Shown here in pieces: positions 53,428 to 64,000 of a stretch of DNA of 64,000 nt. Below the pieces are notes generated by a model, which saw only the letters and a program-made list of their open reading frames with translations, was not told the origin of the DNA and searched no databases. This DNA comes from an uncultured delta proteobacterium (GTDB lineage Bacteria > Desulfobacterota > Syntrophobacteria > Syntrophobacterales > Syntrophobacteraceae): assembly GCA_963808625.1 (NCBI GenBank), contig CAWEHK010000039.1:1-64000 (forward strand), given 5' to 3'. A program made the translations under genes and the position numbers. The first letter of the stretch is position 1. The number at the start of each line of letters is the position of its first letter.

Positions 53428-53891
53428 CGAATACCTCCTTTTGCATCAACAACTCCTCAATTTAAATCGGACTCCAATTTAAGTTAAACCTTCAACCTCT
53501 TATCTGAAGCACTCGAAACAGGGTGTAGGCCTCTATGGCTCACATGAGGCCGTGGCAAATGCAGGCAATGGAGGCACCAAAATCCGGGACCAGACTGACT
53601 TTATCGGAGAGCGCATATCAGCAGGGAAGAGCGGGTCTGCACCAAGGCCTGTCATCTACAACCCGGAAGACTTTCCGTCAAGTTATTTCACACGTGAAAA
53701 AGCCGATCCGGCTGTTTTTTTGTGATTTGCGTTCTTTTAGATCCGGCTCAAACAGTTGACATCGCGCTGCCAGCTAGGATATTCTGCGTTGTGGTTCGGG
53801 GCAGGTTTAGAGCAGTAGTGAAAGGTCCTGACGGTAATTTAGGCTGTCCTTTTGTTAGTGGGTGCTCGATCGAATAAAAAAAGGTCTGCAG

Positions 53892-54455
53892 ATGGCAGTT
53901 AAGAACAGCAGCAAGCAGGATAGTCTCCGGACCTCTCTTCAATCCTACAGGAAAGAAATCAGGTTCCTTTTCCTCTTTGTCATCCTCTTGGCATTCTTCA
54001 ATTTTATGTATTTCCTTTGCGGGGGGACTTCGGTGGAGGATTTTGTTCTCTCCACTCTCACAGCTAAACCTGTCTATTTCGCGATCAAGTTCCTGACCCC
54101 ATCCGAAGAGGTGGTGCTGAACGGTGCCCTCCTCACCTCACCGCACGTGAATTTTAAAATCGTGAGAGGATGCGATGGAATGGAAGGAATGCTGCTGATG
54201 ATATCAGCAATGTGTGCATTCAGTCTCGCCTGGAGCGATAAACTCAAGGGTATTCTTTATGGCGTGGTTTTCATCTATGTCTTTAATCTGTTGCGCATAA
54301 TCGGCCTTTATTATCTGGCGAGGTACTATACCTCAGCTTTCGATTTTGCTCACCTTTTTGTGGGGCAAAGTATTACCGTCATTCTCGTTTCGGTTTTTTT
54401 TATCTTATGGATCTCTAAGAGCCTGAAAAAGAATGAAGAGAAATCTGCTGGTTAA
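53892..54455 (+). CDS. Exosortase family protein (XrtH/XrtM-like)
   Basis: Catalytic Cys (RGCDG), Arg (NLLRI) and His (FAHL) in a polytopic membrane protein. Confidence 0.88.
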   Translation: MAVKNSSKQDSLRTSLQSYRKEIRFLFLFVILLAFFNFMYFLCGGTSVEDFVLSTLTAKPVYFAIKFLTPSEEVVLNGALLTSPHVNFKIVRGCDGMEGMLLMISAMCAFSLAWSDKLKGILYGVVFIYVFNLLRIIGLYYLARYYTSAFDFAHLFVGQSITVILVSVFFILWISKSLKKNEEKSAG

Positions 54456-55167
54456 GACCATCATTATTTTCTTGTCCTCGTACGTCATTCTCCTGCTTTT
54501 GTTCTCCCAGTTTGGGGCCTATTATTTTCAACTTTTTGAAGGGATTTTTCGCTGGGAGATCAACTTCTTTTTCCCCCAATTCGAGGTCTCTTCACTGCAG
54601 ATGGAAACATACGAGGGCCAGCAGATGGTTTCGCTCGCCGTCAAACTTACCGAAAACATCATCACGGATGATGGAACGGTGCTGCATACCATCGGCCGTC
54701 CCTACACATCCAAGACCATTTCCATAAATCAATACCTGCACCCGATCCTCATCTTCTCCATTCTTGCCGCCTGGCCGGCGATTACTTTGAAAGAACGGTT
54801 CATGGCGCTGTTACTCGTGCTGCCTTTCCTGCTCATCGTCGAGATGGTCGACGTCCCGGTGTTATTGGCAACCCGGACTGACGAGATGGTGCGAGCGAAT
54901 CTTCTCAAAGACCCCAACGCCGGCTACGGTCTCGCTTCCTACTGGGTCGCTTTCCTGCATACCGGGGGGCGGGCCGCCCTGTCCATCTTGGCTGCCGGGC
55001 TGGGCTTGAGTTGCCTCTACCTGGGCCGGTTCTGGCGTAACCGGATGGCCGAAACCGGCCACGTCCGCGCCGCAACGCCCAAACCGGCGCCGAGCAAGGT
55101 CGGTCGCAATGCCCCGTGTCCGTGCGGCAGTGGGAAGAAATACAAGAACTGCTGCGGGGAAAATTGA
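54433..55167 (+). CDS. Exosortase-associated membrane protein with C-terminal SEC-C motif
   Basis: Several TM segments; KVGRNAPCPCGSGKKYKNCC; overlaps the exosortase gene. Confidence 0.8.
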   Translation: MKRNLLVKTIIIFLSSYVILLLLFSQFGAYYFQLFEGIFRWEINFFFPQFEVSSLQMETYEGQQMVSLAVKLTENIITDDGTVLHTIGRPYTSKTISINQYLHPILIFSILAAWPAITLKERFMALLLVLPFLLIVEMVDVPVLLATRTDEMVRANLLKDPNAGYGLASYWVAFLHTGGRAALSILAAGLGLSCLYLGRFWRNRMAETGHVRAATPKPAPSKVGRNAPCPCGSGKKYKNCCGEN

Positions 55168-55357
55168 GGCTGTGGGAAGGAGCGCCGGCAGTCAATGAGG
55201 AGAGGGTGAGGTCTCACCTCCTTCATGCCGGAGAGCTCTGTCCAATGAGGAGATGTGTACGCCAAGGGTGCCTATTAGTCAACCCACTTCCCTTGTACGC
55301 ATTCCCGGTGCGTCCCCAACAACCACGCACCGGGAATGCGACCCGCCGGAAACCGAT

Positions 55358-58300
55358 CTACCGTATGGACCCGGCATTGATGACATCTATGAAAGGCATG
55401 ACATTAGGGTCGTGCTCGTAAGCTCCCAGGTCGACCACTGCCCCCTCTCCATCACCGTCCATCAGCCTCGGGTTTGAGTGAAGGTCCCAGGCGGCAAGGC
55501 CCGTGTTGTCCCCTTTATCGATGCACGGAGAGGTCGGACCGAGGGCTAGAAGGCCTCGAGCCGCATCGACAAATTGGGGATCAGCGTCGATATTGCCCGG
55601 TCCTGGGTACCCACCTTCGAGGTCCGAGTAGGTTGCAGTGATTGTGCCGCCAAAGTTGTCCAGTTCGCTTGCCATGCCACCCACCGTATCACCCCAGAGA
55701 ATCGAGTTGGTGATGGTGAGGCTGCTTCCCGCAGCATTGACGATGGCGCCGCCTGAATCCGTGGTCACTATTGCCCGAGAAGGTGCAGTTCCTGATTGTC
55801 ACGGTGGCGCCATCGTTGTACATGGCTCCTCCGTGGATGGCACTGTTGCCGAAGAAAGCACAGTTCTCGAAGGCCACCGTTGCACCAAGGTTGTAGACGG
55901 CCCCTCCCAGGTCTCCGTTGCTATTCAGGAACTGGTTGTTGGAAAAGGTGATACTTCCCTGGGTATTCAAGGCGCTGCCACCAAGGTTGTTATGGCAACG
56001 GGTCAGGACAAACCCATCGATGATGGCGCTTGCGCTCACCTGCAGACAGGCTGTTGCCCCTTGCCCATCAAAGGTTGTAGGATAAACATACCAATTGCGC
56101 TGGTTGCGCTCGCTTTCGTCCCCGGCAAACCCGCCGTAGATGGCCACGGCCTTGTTCACCTGAACCGGGGCCGTCAGAGTGAGCGTGGAAGCCTCCACCC
56201 AGATCTCATCGCCATCCTCTGCCGCGTCAATCGCTTCCTGCAAGCCCTTGAACGCAGCTGCCCAACTCTTGCCGTCTCCGGGAGAAGCGGTGTTCTCGTC
56301 GACGTACCAGGTGACCTTCGGTCCGGTGTCGTTGCCGATGTCAGTGGTCGTCTGATCACTGCTGATCATGACCGTCTCCGATTTCGGGCTATTCCACCCG
56401 GCGACACTCTTGGAAGCCCCGGCGTGCGATCCAGCGGCGAGACCGGATACGGTCGCCCCGCTGTTCTCCGAGGAGCCGCCGTCCACTTGCGCTTGAGCCC
56501 CGGCGGATACGGCGCTGGCGGAGGCGGTGGCGCCCGTAAGAGAGCCAGTTTTGGATACAGAGCAGGTACGCGTGCAAAGGGCATATCCTTTGCTAACGAC
56601 ACTAGCGATGCTGGTGGAGCTATACTGGGGATCGATGTACACGGCGTACGTTCCTGCCGCGTAGCGAACGTTTCCCGTCGCGGACCAGAAACGTATTGGC
56701 AGGGAGGAAACATTGAAGACTTCCGAACTTAGAGACGGACTGTAGGTTGTATAATCAATGATCGTCTGCAACTCCGAAGCGCTGGGCAAACGCCAATCGG
56801 TGTAACCGTCCAGCGACAAGTTTTCACAATATGACTTGGCATCAGCCCAGGTGCGAAGGACGGAATCGTCTTTCCTTTGCCACATATTGTTGCGGTAAGT
56901 ATCCGTGACCGTATTGGAAGAGGACACGGTCAGATGTTCAACAGGATCAAAGGACCAGAACGGTCCGCCGCGTACGCACCGGGTGAAGTAAACCGAAGTT
57001 TTAGAATACGTAAAGACGGTACCGTCGTAAAAGCCAACCAGCCAGCCTCGGCGCGTCGGGTCCATAGCCATGTTACTGCCCGACCAGAATTCCATACCCT
57101 TTAAAGCAGCGAAGGCCGGGTCAATCGTCGGGTAACGACTGTAATCCACAATGGTTGCAAGCTCATCGATCCTCGGCAAGCGCCAATCGGAATAGCCACC
57201 CAGGACGAGATTTTGGCAATAAGTAGTCGCATTGGCCATGGACCGTGTCGTAGCATCCTCCGCCTTTTGCCAGATGAGTTGTGTGGTGTTGTCGGTAACC
57301 GTTCCATCGCCATTGTCAATATAACGAGAATCCGTCTGCTGCACATAGGTGCCGCTCTCACTGGTGGTGACGCCACTGCTGATCGTGACGGTCTTGGCTG
57401 CCGGCGCAGTCCACCCGGAAATAGTCTTGAAGGTCAGGGTGTGTGGTCCTGCGGTAAGACCGGATACGGTCGCCCCGCTGTTCTGCCAGGAACCGCCGTC
57501 CACTTGCCAATTGGCCCCGGCCGTCACCGCGCCGGCGGGGGTGATGGTCACCGTGAGGGCACCACCGTTCTGCTGCACATAGGTGCCGCTCTCACTGGTG
57601 GTGACGCCACTGCTGATCGTGACGGTCTTGGCTGCCGGCGTAGTCCACCCTGAAATAGTCTTGAAGGTCAGGGTGTGCGATCCCGCGGTAAGACCGGATA
57701 CGGTCGCCCCGCTGTTCTGCCAGGAGCCGCCGTCCACTTGCCAATGAGCCCCGGCCGTCACCGCGGCGGCGGGGGTGATGGTCACCGTGAGGGAACCCGT
57801 CTGCTGCACATAGGTGCCGCTCTCACTGGTGGTGACGCCACTGCTGATCGTGACGGTCTTGGCTGCCGGCGCAGTCCACCCGGAGATAGTCTTGAAGGTC
57901 AGGGTGTGTGATCCCGCGGTAAGACCGGATACGGTCGCCCCGCTGCTCTGCCAGGAGCCGCCGTCCACTTGCCATTAGCCCCGGCCGTCACCGCGCGGCG
58001 GGGGTGATGGTCACCGTGAGGGAACCCGTCTGCTGCACATAAGTGCCGCTGTCACTGGTGGTGACGCCACTGCTGATCGTGACGGTCTTGGCGGCCGGCG
58101 TAGTCCACCCGGAGATAGTCTTGAAGGCCAGGGTGTGTGGTCCCGCGGTAAGACCGGATACGGTCGCCCCGCTGCTCTGCCAGGAGCCGCCGTCCACTTG
58201 CCAATTAGCCCCGGCTGTCACTGCAGCGGTGGGGGTGATGGTCACCGTGAGGGAACCCGTCTGCTGCACATAGGTGCCGCTCTCACTGGTGGTGACGCCA

Positions 58301-59606
58301 CTGCTGATCGTGACGGTCTCGGCGGCGGGCGTAGTCCACCCGGAAATAGTCTTGAAGGTCAGGGTGTGTGGTCCCGCGGTAAGACCGGATACGGTCGCCC
58401 CGCTGTTCTGCCAGGAGCCGCCGTCCACTTGCCAATGAGCCCCGGCCGTCACTGCAGCGGCGGGGGTGATGGTCACCGTGAGGGAACCCGTCTGGGGCGT
58501 TCCCGTGAAATCCTGTCCGGAGACTCCGCTGCCATTTATAATGATGGTTCGTGATTGCGGGCTGAAGGTATAGCTAGCTTTACTCGGGGTGACCGTGTAA
58601 GTCCCGTTGGCGGTCCCGGTGAACGTGTAGTTGCCGTTGGCATCGGTCGTCGCAGTACTCGTAGCGGTACCCGTCAACGCCAGGGTTGCTCCCGCCAGGG
58701 CAGCCCCGCTGCTGGTCTTGACCGTGCCCGAGATGGAATAGCTCGCTGGAGGAGATGTGCTCCTGAACGAACGCAAAGGACATATCCTTTACTGGCGACA
58801 CTAGCGATGCTGGTGGAGCTATACTGGGGATCGATATACATGGCATACGTTCCTGCCGCGTAGCGAACATTTCCCGTCGCGGACCAGAAACGTATTGGCA
58901 GGGAGGTAACATTGAAAACTTCCGTGCTTAGAGACGGACTGTAGGTTGCATAATCAATGATCGTCTGCAACTCCGAAGCGCTGGGCAATCGCCAATCGGT
59001 GTAACCGTCCAGCGACAAGTTTTCACAATATGACTTGGCATCTGCCCAGGTGCGAAGGACGGAATCGTCTTTCCTTTGCCACATATTGTTGCGGTAAGTA
59101 TCCGTGACCGTATTGGAAGAGGACACCGTCAGATGTTCAACAGGATCAAAGGACCAGAACGGTCCGCCGCGTACGCACCGGGTGTAATAAACCGAAGTTT
59201 TAGAATATGTGAAGACGGTGCCGTCGTAAAAGCCAACCAGCCAGCCTCGGCGCGTCGGGTCCATAGCCATGTTACTGCTTGACCAGAATTCCATACCCTT
59301 TAAAGCAGCGAAGGCCGGGTCAATCGTTGGGTAACGACTGTAATCCACAATGGTCGCAAGCTCATCGATTCTCGGCAAGCGCCAATCAGAATAGCCACCC
59401 AGGACGAGATTTTGGCAATAAGCAGTCGCATTGGCCATGGACCGTGTCGTACCATCCTCCGCCTTTTGCCAGATGAGTTTTGTGGTGTTGTCGGTAACCG
59501 TCCCATTCCCATTATCAACATAAACCGCAAAAACAGGCATTGTGCCGGCTACTAGAACGCAGAACACAACCAGAAAACCCAAGCCGATGCGCCTCGAAAG
59601 CTTCAT
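55358..59606 (-). CDS. Large secreted/surface protein (~1415 aa): signal peptide, 2x DUF1566, carboxypeptidase-regulatory-like domain, 5 tandem 77-aa repeats, 2x DUF1566, beta-helix and choice-of-anchor-Q-like end; frameshifts near 58760, 57995, 57975 and 55770
   Basis: DNGNGTVTD...W, GYSDWRLP..EL and RCVR DUF1566 motifs; GDGKSWAAAFKGLQEAI; DADPQFVD...SPCIDKG...DLGAYE. Confidence 0.8.
57336..58493 (-). repeat. Five near-identical ~231-bp intragenic tandem repeats
   Basis: Anchor CTGCTGCACAT at 57336, 57570, 57801, 58030 and 58261. Confidence 0.95.
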
Positions 59607-59774
59607 GATGCTCACTCCTTTCTGTCCCGGTGCCGATTACCAACAAATTTGAGATCAAAGCAAGAAAAAAACGCAAATCAGAGCTATTGCGCCTCAACTT
59701 TCGAGCAGCAAATCCTAATCCAAGCCTACGCTTCATCCTGTTTTTGCATGCTTATATTTATTTTTTTCTTAAAA

Positions 59775-59791
59775 AGCAATATCCTTGCCAA
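59775..59791 (-). promoter_or_regulatory. Sigma54 promoter of the DUF1566 surface protein gene
   Basis: TTGGCAAGGATATTGCT (GG-N10-GC), 16/17 identical to the glnA site. Confidence 0.7.
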
Positions 59792-60262
59792 TGTGGTTAA
59801 GTTCGTCATCACCCTTGACTGGTTTGGTCATGGAGCGCGTTCCCGCGGCGAGAGCCCGTACGCAGGAATCATGCGCTTGAAGGTACGGCTGCGTAGCGAG
59901 GCAACCCTCCTGTAGCCTTCGAAATTCGTTTCGGTCACAATTTTTCGAGTTGGTCCGGCCGTGTGATATGGAGCATTCGACCTTGTCGTTTTGGGACTTG
60001 GGGATGCAGGCGGAAGAAACCCATTAGAGGGAAGAAAAGTCTTGGAAGGTGCAAAAGACCCTTTAGTCTGCCGAAGCTTGTCAATTCCCGCACAAAAAAC
60101 CGTCACTGCTGCAGCCCTTCATTCGATGACAAGAGAGGGTGGGAATGGGTCAATGCAACTGATGACAAAGTTTGGCAAAAGACATTGACAATTTGCGTCA
60201 AACCGTTTCTGCGCGGTAAAGAGACCGGAGATTGAGCAGATGATCACTCTCCGGTCCCCCGC

Positions 60263-60290
60263 AAACAAAAGGGGCGCCGAGCGCCCCTTC
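60263..60290 (-). terminator. Intrinsic terminator after the IPTL-CTERM gene
   Basis: AAGGGGCGC-TCG-GCGCCCCTT followed by TTGTTT. Confidence 0.8.
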
Positions 60291-60325
60291 TTAGACACTT
60301 ATTCTTACTTCTTGGTGCATTAGAC

Positions 60326-61620
60326 TTAGCTAACTCTCCTCTTTCTCAGCAGCCATACTGCGGAAGCTGCCAGCAGCAGAGACAAGATGATGGCGCTCCA
60401 CTCGTTCAGGCTGGGAACCGTACCTCCTTTTCGAAGGGTCACGTCGGCCTGACACACGTCAGGTGGAAAGTTAGCAGCGGCAGCAGCCTTTGCGAGATAG
60501 CTATTTGTCAGGGTCCCAGGAGCGTCCATTTTCAGATGCACTTTGAAGGTGAACACCAAGGTTTCGTTAATCCCCAATTGGCTGACACTGGTCCAACTGA
60601 TGATTCCCGTCGAATTGGGCGCAGGATCTGGACCGAGATTGAAGCCCGCCGGGCTCACAACATTGACAGGGCCAAGGAAACTCATTCCAGGAGGCAGGAT
60701 ATCCTGAATAGTCACCTGCGTGGGGGCGGCAGGAATGGTAGGGCTGGAGGCATTGGTGACGGACAACTGCGCATACAAGTCTCCCTCCCAGCTCGAACCC
60801 TGGGGAAGGGTCAAATGCTCCATCATGGCTGCGGTCGTGAAACCCAACTTCTTCGGGCTTACACAATGGATATTGGGCTCATCGGGGAATTCAAGCACGG
60901 CCGTCACTTCCCTCAAGGCTGTATCCAGGGCGTCAGCATTAGTCATCCTGATCTTCTATCCCACAGAGATTGTTAATGTTTGCCGTACCCTGGAATTGTG
61001 CTTTAAGAATTTCTATATCACGCGCAGGAGTGTTCCCCGCCTGGGGAAACGAGTATGTGGAGCTGCCGCCACCGGGGCTGTGAAGTGTCACAGTCCAGGT
61101 CGTGTCCTGATCATTGTACACGCTTCCAAGCTTCAGGCTGTAGAACTTATCCCAGGTGCAGGTGGTGCAATAGCCCACGGTATTTGGTTGTGGAAGGCCG
61201 CAACCCGAATCAGTTGTCGTGCCGTTCCAGATAATCCTTCCCCATCCGTTAGAACCGGTATCGTTGCTGACAACCCATGCCCTTAGGAGCGGATCGGTAT
61301 TGCCATCGATGAAAGCCTTTCCAACTGCGGAGGCCGAGGTAACGATTGTGAGCTCCAAAACGCGGGCGGCTCCCAAGGACATTAGTCTGTAGCCAAAACT
61401 GGCGGGGGCTGAGAGACCTGCTGCTGAATATGCAGGGGTGGGATGGGTTGGTCATTGAACAGTGGCGGGTTGGCGCCATTGCCAAAGCGTATGGTACCAT
61501 GTCATCGATTGTGACACAGAACGAGAAACCAGCCGCCTGGTTCGGCGCCAGCAGGCAGATCATCGCCACGCTCACAATCAACATCCCCAAAGTTAACAAT
61601 AAACTTCTCTTCCTTTTCAT
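60326..61620 (-). CDS. IPTL-CTERM sorting-signal surface protein with a DUF11-like domain; frameshifted
   Basis: Signal peptide MKRKRSLLLTLGMLIVSV; VTIQDILPPGMSF; C-terminus VPSLNEWSAIILSLLLAASAVWLLRKRRVS. Confidence 0.8.
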
Positions 61621-61963
61621 GACTTCTCTCCTCCTCTTTGTTCTAAAAGAAATGCTAACGCTTGGTGAAAACCCCCATGAATACGCCAAATCTCTGGACC
61701 TCTTCACGCCCTTTCTCAATCCTCCATGCTTTGAGGAAAACTGAGTCAGAAAGCATACAGACCGAGACCTTCCGTGGAATACTAACCTTTCTGCACATGT
61801 TTCACCATCTGCTTAAGATATCCTATAAAGGCTAACAGATGCCTTTGTCAAGAAAAAAAAGACAAATGGACTCTTCGCTCCCGCCGGAAACAGTCCTGCA
61901 GGAGTCTGAGCATCATGGGCAGTCGCTTCTTTATCGCTGGAAAAGCATTGGAAAATCAACCAA

Positions 61964-62014
61964 TGATGGTTGATGGTTGATAGTTGATGGTTGATGGTTT
62001 ACGGTTGATGGTTA
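61964..62014. repeat. Heptamer tandem array (TGATGGT x7) downstream of ilvA
   Basis: Directly visible; reverse complement of the unit at 18138-18186. Confidence 0.9.
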
Positions 62015-62041
62015 AGGGGGCAATCCTTCTTGTGGGGCCTA

Positions 62042-63241
62042 TCAGTGGAGCTCGTAGCCCTCCCGTTGCAGTTCCGCGATGACCTCTTCAACATGAGCGG
62101 GACCGCGTGTTTCCAGTTCGACTTCGACGCGACTGAGGTAGACGGGCAGGTTTTTGCCGCTGCGTTGATGGGTGATGTGGAGGACATTGGCCTTGAGCCG
62201 GGCGGTGATGGATAACAACCGGGCCAGGGCATCGGGGATATCTTCCAGGCAGACGGAAAAGCGCATAATGCGGCCATTGCGAAAAAGCCCCTGGCGAATG
62301 ACCCGCTCGAGCAGGGGGCTGTCCACATTGCCGCCGCTGATGACAAGGATCACTTTGCTTCCCTTCGGGATTTCGGTCGACCGGGCCAGAAGGGCCGCAA
62401 GGGGGACCGCTCCGGCCCCTTCGGAAAGCACTTTTTTCCGCTCGATAAGGGTGAGGATGGCGGCGGCAATCTGGTCCTCGTCAACCAGTACTACCCCATC
62501 CACCTTTTCCCGAATAATCGCAAAAGGAAGGTCTCCTATCTGTTTTACGGCGATGCCGTCAGCAATGGAGCGCTGGCTTTCGACGCGGCATACCTTGCCT
62601 TCCTTGAGGGCCTGATACGCGGATGGACATGCGGCCGCCTGCACCCCGATGACTCTGACCCGCGGGTCCAACGCCTTGACGCCGCTCGCAATCCCGCTGA
62701 TGAGGCCGCCCCCGCCGATGGGCACCATGATCAGGTCGGGAGCGGCGCAATCCTGAAAAATCTCGAGGGCGATCGTGCCCTGGCCGGCAATGATGTCCGG
62801 ATCGTCATAAGGGTGAATGAAAACCTTTCCTTCTTGAGCGAGCAACTTCGCTTTCTGGATGCACTCCCCGATATTTTGTCCCACCAGCAGCACTTCACCG
62901 CCGTAGTTGCGGGTCGCTTCCTGTTTGGAGAGGGATGCCGACTCAGGCATGACAATGGTCGCCCTGAGACCCGCCCGTTTTGCCGCCAGGGCCACCCCCT
63001 GGGCATGATTACCGGCCGATGCCGCTACCACCCCTTCCGGACCGATCGTTCCCCGCAGGTTTTGGATCTTGTAAGAAGCCCCGCGCACCTTAAAGGAGCC
63101 GGTTTCCTGAAGGTTTTCGAGCTTGAGATAGACCTCCGCGCCACTCAGGTGACTGAAGGTGGGAGAATACACCAGCGGCGTGCGGATTACTCTGCCGCGA
63201 AGAAACTCCTCAGCCTTTTGAATGGTGGTGAGAGGGATCAT
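62042..63241 (-). CDS. ilvA: Threonine ammonia-lyase with C-terminal ACT domain
   Basis: KLENLQETGSFKVRGA, SAGNHAQG, PIGGGGL and SGGN motifs. Confidence 0.93.
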   Translation of the reverse strand: MIPLTTIQKAEEFLRGRVIRTPLVYSPTFSHLSGAEVYLKLENLQETGSFKVRGASYKIQNLRGTIGPEGVVAASAGNHAQGVALAAKRAGLRATIVMPESASLSKQEATRNYGGEVLLVGQNIGECIQKAKLLAQEGKVFIHPYDDPDIIAGQGTIALEIFQDCAAPDLIMVPIGGGGLISGIASGVKALDPRVRVIGVQAAACPSAYQALKEGKVCRVESQRSIADGIAVKQIGDLPFAIIREKVDGVVLVDEDQIAAAILTLIERKKVLSEGAGAVPLAALLARSTEIPKGSKVILVISGGNVDSPLLERVIRQGLFRNGRIMRFSVCLEDIPDALARLLSITARLKANVLHITHQRSGKNLPVYLSRVEVELETRGPAHVEEVIAELQREGYELH

Positions 63242-63248
63242 GACGAAC

Positions 63249-64000
63249 TCATTCCGCGAACGACATCCCGGCCCGGCCGGTACCATATTGGCCGAGCTCG
63301 CACTCCCAGGGCAGCTCGAGCGCTCGGTGCATCTCGCTATCCAGGGGACTGCCATATCTCAAGGAGAGAATAATCTTGTTGGCCCTTTCCTCCACTTCGG
63401 GAAGGGCTTCGACGAGCACTTTCAGGTACTTGAGCACCCTTTTCATCTGGTGTTTGTAAGGTACCGGCAGGGCGGGGTTTTCCAGGAACTGCAGGATTTC
63501 CTCCAGGACGAAGAGATTGTTGGAGGTACAGTAGACATAGGCGAGGCTGATCCATTTATCGCAGAGGTCCCGTGGCAGGTGATTGACGTTCCTGGCAAGG
63601 TCGAGGTTGAGACCCACCCGCAGGGCTACCGCGAGACGGCCCAGAAGACTGTTGATTTCCTCCTCGTCCTCGTCCCAGGCGCGGAGTACGGTAAGCAGTT
63701 TCTTCCATTTAGGCTGGATCATGTTCTTGAGCCACTGTTCCCCCTGCGTCGGAAGGAGCGGCAGGACCGCCAGTTCCTCCTGTTCGGCCAGGAGGCTCGT
63801 GCTCAATTTAATCCATTCGGGATTGCCCTTGAGGGCAGGCAAGCGCAGGATGATCAATTCTTTGAGCCGCTCCAGGATGGGGCCTTTCCATTCCAGGTCC
63901 GGGAAAGCTTTGCGGAGTTGAACCTCCCACTCCCCTCGCAGGATTCCGATCTCAGCGTTGATGGCAGAGAAAATGAAACCGAACTTGATGAGGGTGTTCC
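63249..64000 (-). CDS. Hypothetical protein, 5' end outside the window
   Basis: Frame is open to the window edge; no recognised motif. Confidence 0.65.
   Translation of the reverse strand, partial: NTLIKFGFIFSAINAEIGILRGEWEVQLRKAFPDLEWKGPILERLKELIILRLPALKGNPEWIKLSTSLLAEQEELAVLPLLPTQGEQWLKNMIQPKWKKLLTVLRAWDEDEEEINSLLGRLAVALRVGLNLDLARNVNHLPRDLCDKWISLAYVYCTSNNLFVLEEILQFLENPALPVPYKHQMKRVLKYLKVLVEALPEVEERANKIILSLRYGSPLDSEMHRALELPWECELGQYGTGRAGMSFAE

Noticed and set aside
53686..53699. TTTCAC-AC-GTGAAA palindrome as a Rex or CRP site
   Set aside because: Half-site orientation and spacing do not fit either consensus; single short occurrence.
57336..58493. CRISPR array
   Set aside because: Units are ~231-bp coding repeats without unique spacers; no cas genes.
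56565..59525. Diversity-generating retroelement (DUF1566 domains are common DGR targets and there are two near-identical copies)
   Set aside because: No reverse transcriptase in the window, both copies are in-frame coding, and the compared differences are mostly third-position C/T changes rather than adenine-specific.
60170..60235. c-di-GMP-I (GEMM) riboswitch upstream of the surface protein gene
   Set aside because: GAAA...GACGCAAA occurs on the minus strand, but the GGCAAAC 5' strand and second hairpin are missing.
1..64000. tRNA, rRNA, prophage or integron integrase genes
   Set aside because: No cloverleaf or rRNA signatures, phage structural genes or tyrosine recombinase motifs were recognised by eye.

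Overview
This is a GC-rich chromosomal segment of an anaerobic bacterium; gene content suggests Desulfobacterota, Syntrophobacterales-like (inference). The first ~8.7 kb is accessory DNA. It holds an IS1634-family element carrying a DUF4338/DruA-like passenger gene that is split by a nested IS91-family element. Next comes an integrase-less array of integron attC sites (FRG-domain cassette, RHH/RelE toxin-antitoxin cassette, RsgA paralogue). The rest is mostly core metabolism: pabABC behind a candidate, apparently unnamed transcription attenuator, glnA (sigma54 promoter), NAD kinase, and a hoxEFUYHW [NiFe] hydrogenase cluster. Directly upstream of hox lies a selenocysteine formate dehydrogenase with NuoE/F-like subunits. 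Also present are fluC with DUF190-CBS behind a MITE-like IS remnant, a third catalytic-less NuoEFG-like module with a divergent LuxR-type regulator, purB, nfo, a TauE/PEP-utilising/USP/response-regulator module, an exosortase pair with an IPTL-CTERM substrate, a ~4.2 kb repeat-rich DUF1566 surface protein gene, and ilvA. Five different heptamer units form six tandem arrays, five of them at gene 3' ends. Many genes, including purB, carry single-base frameshifts that are probably assembly errors. No rRNA, tRNA or CRISPR array was seen. All family assignments come from motif recognition, not database searches.
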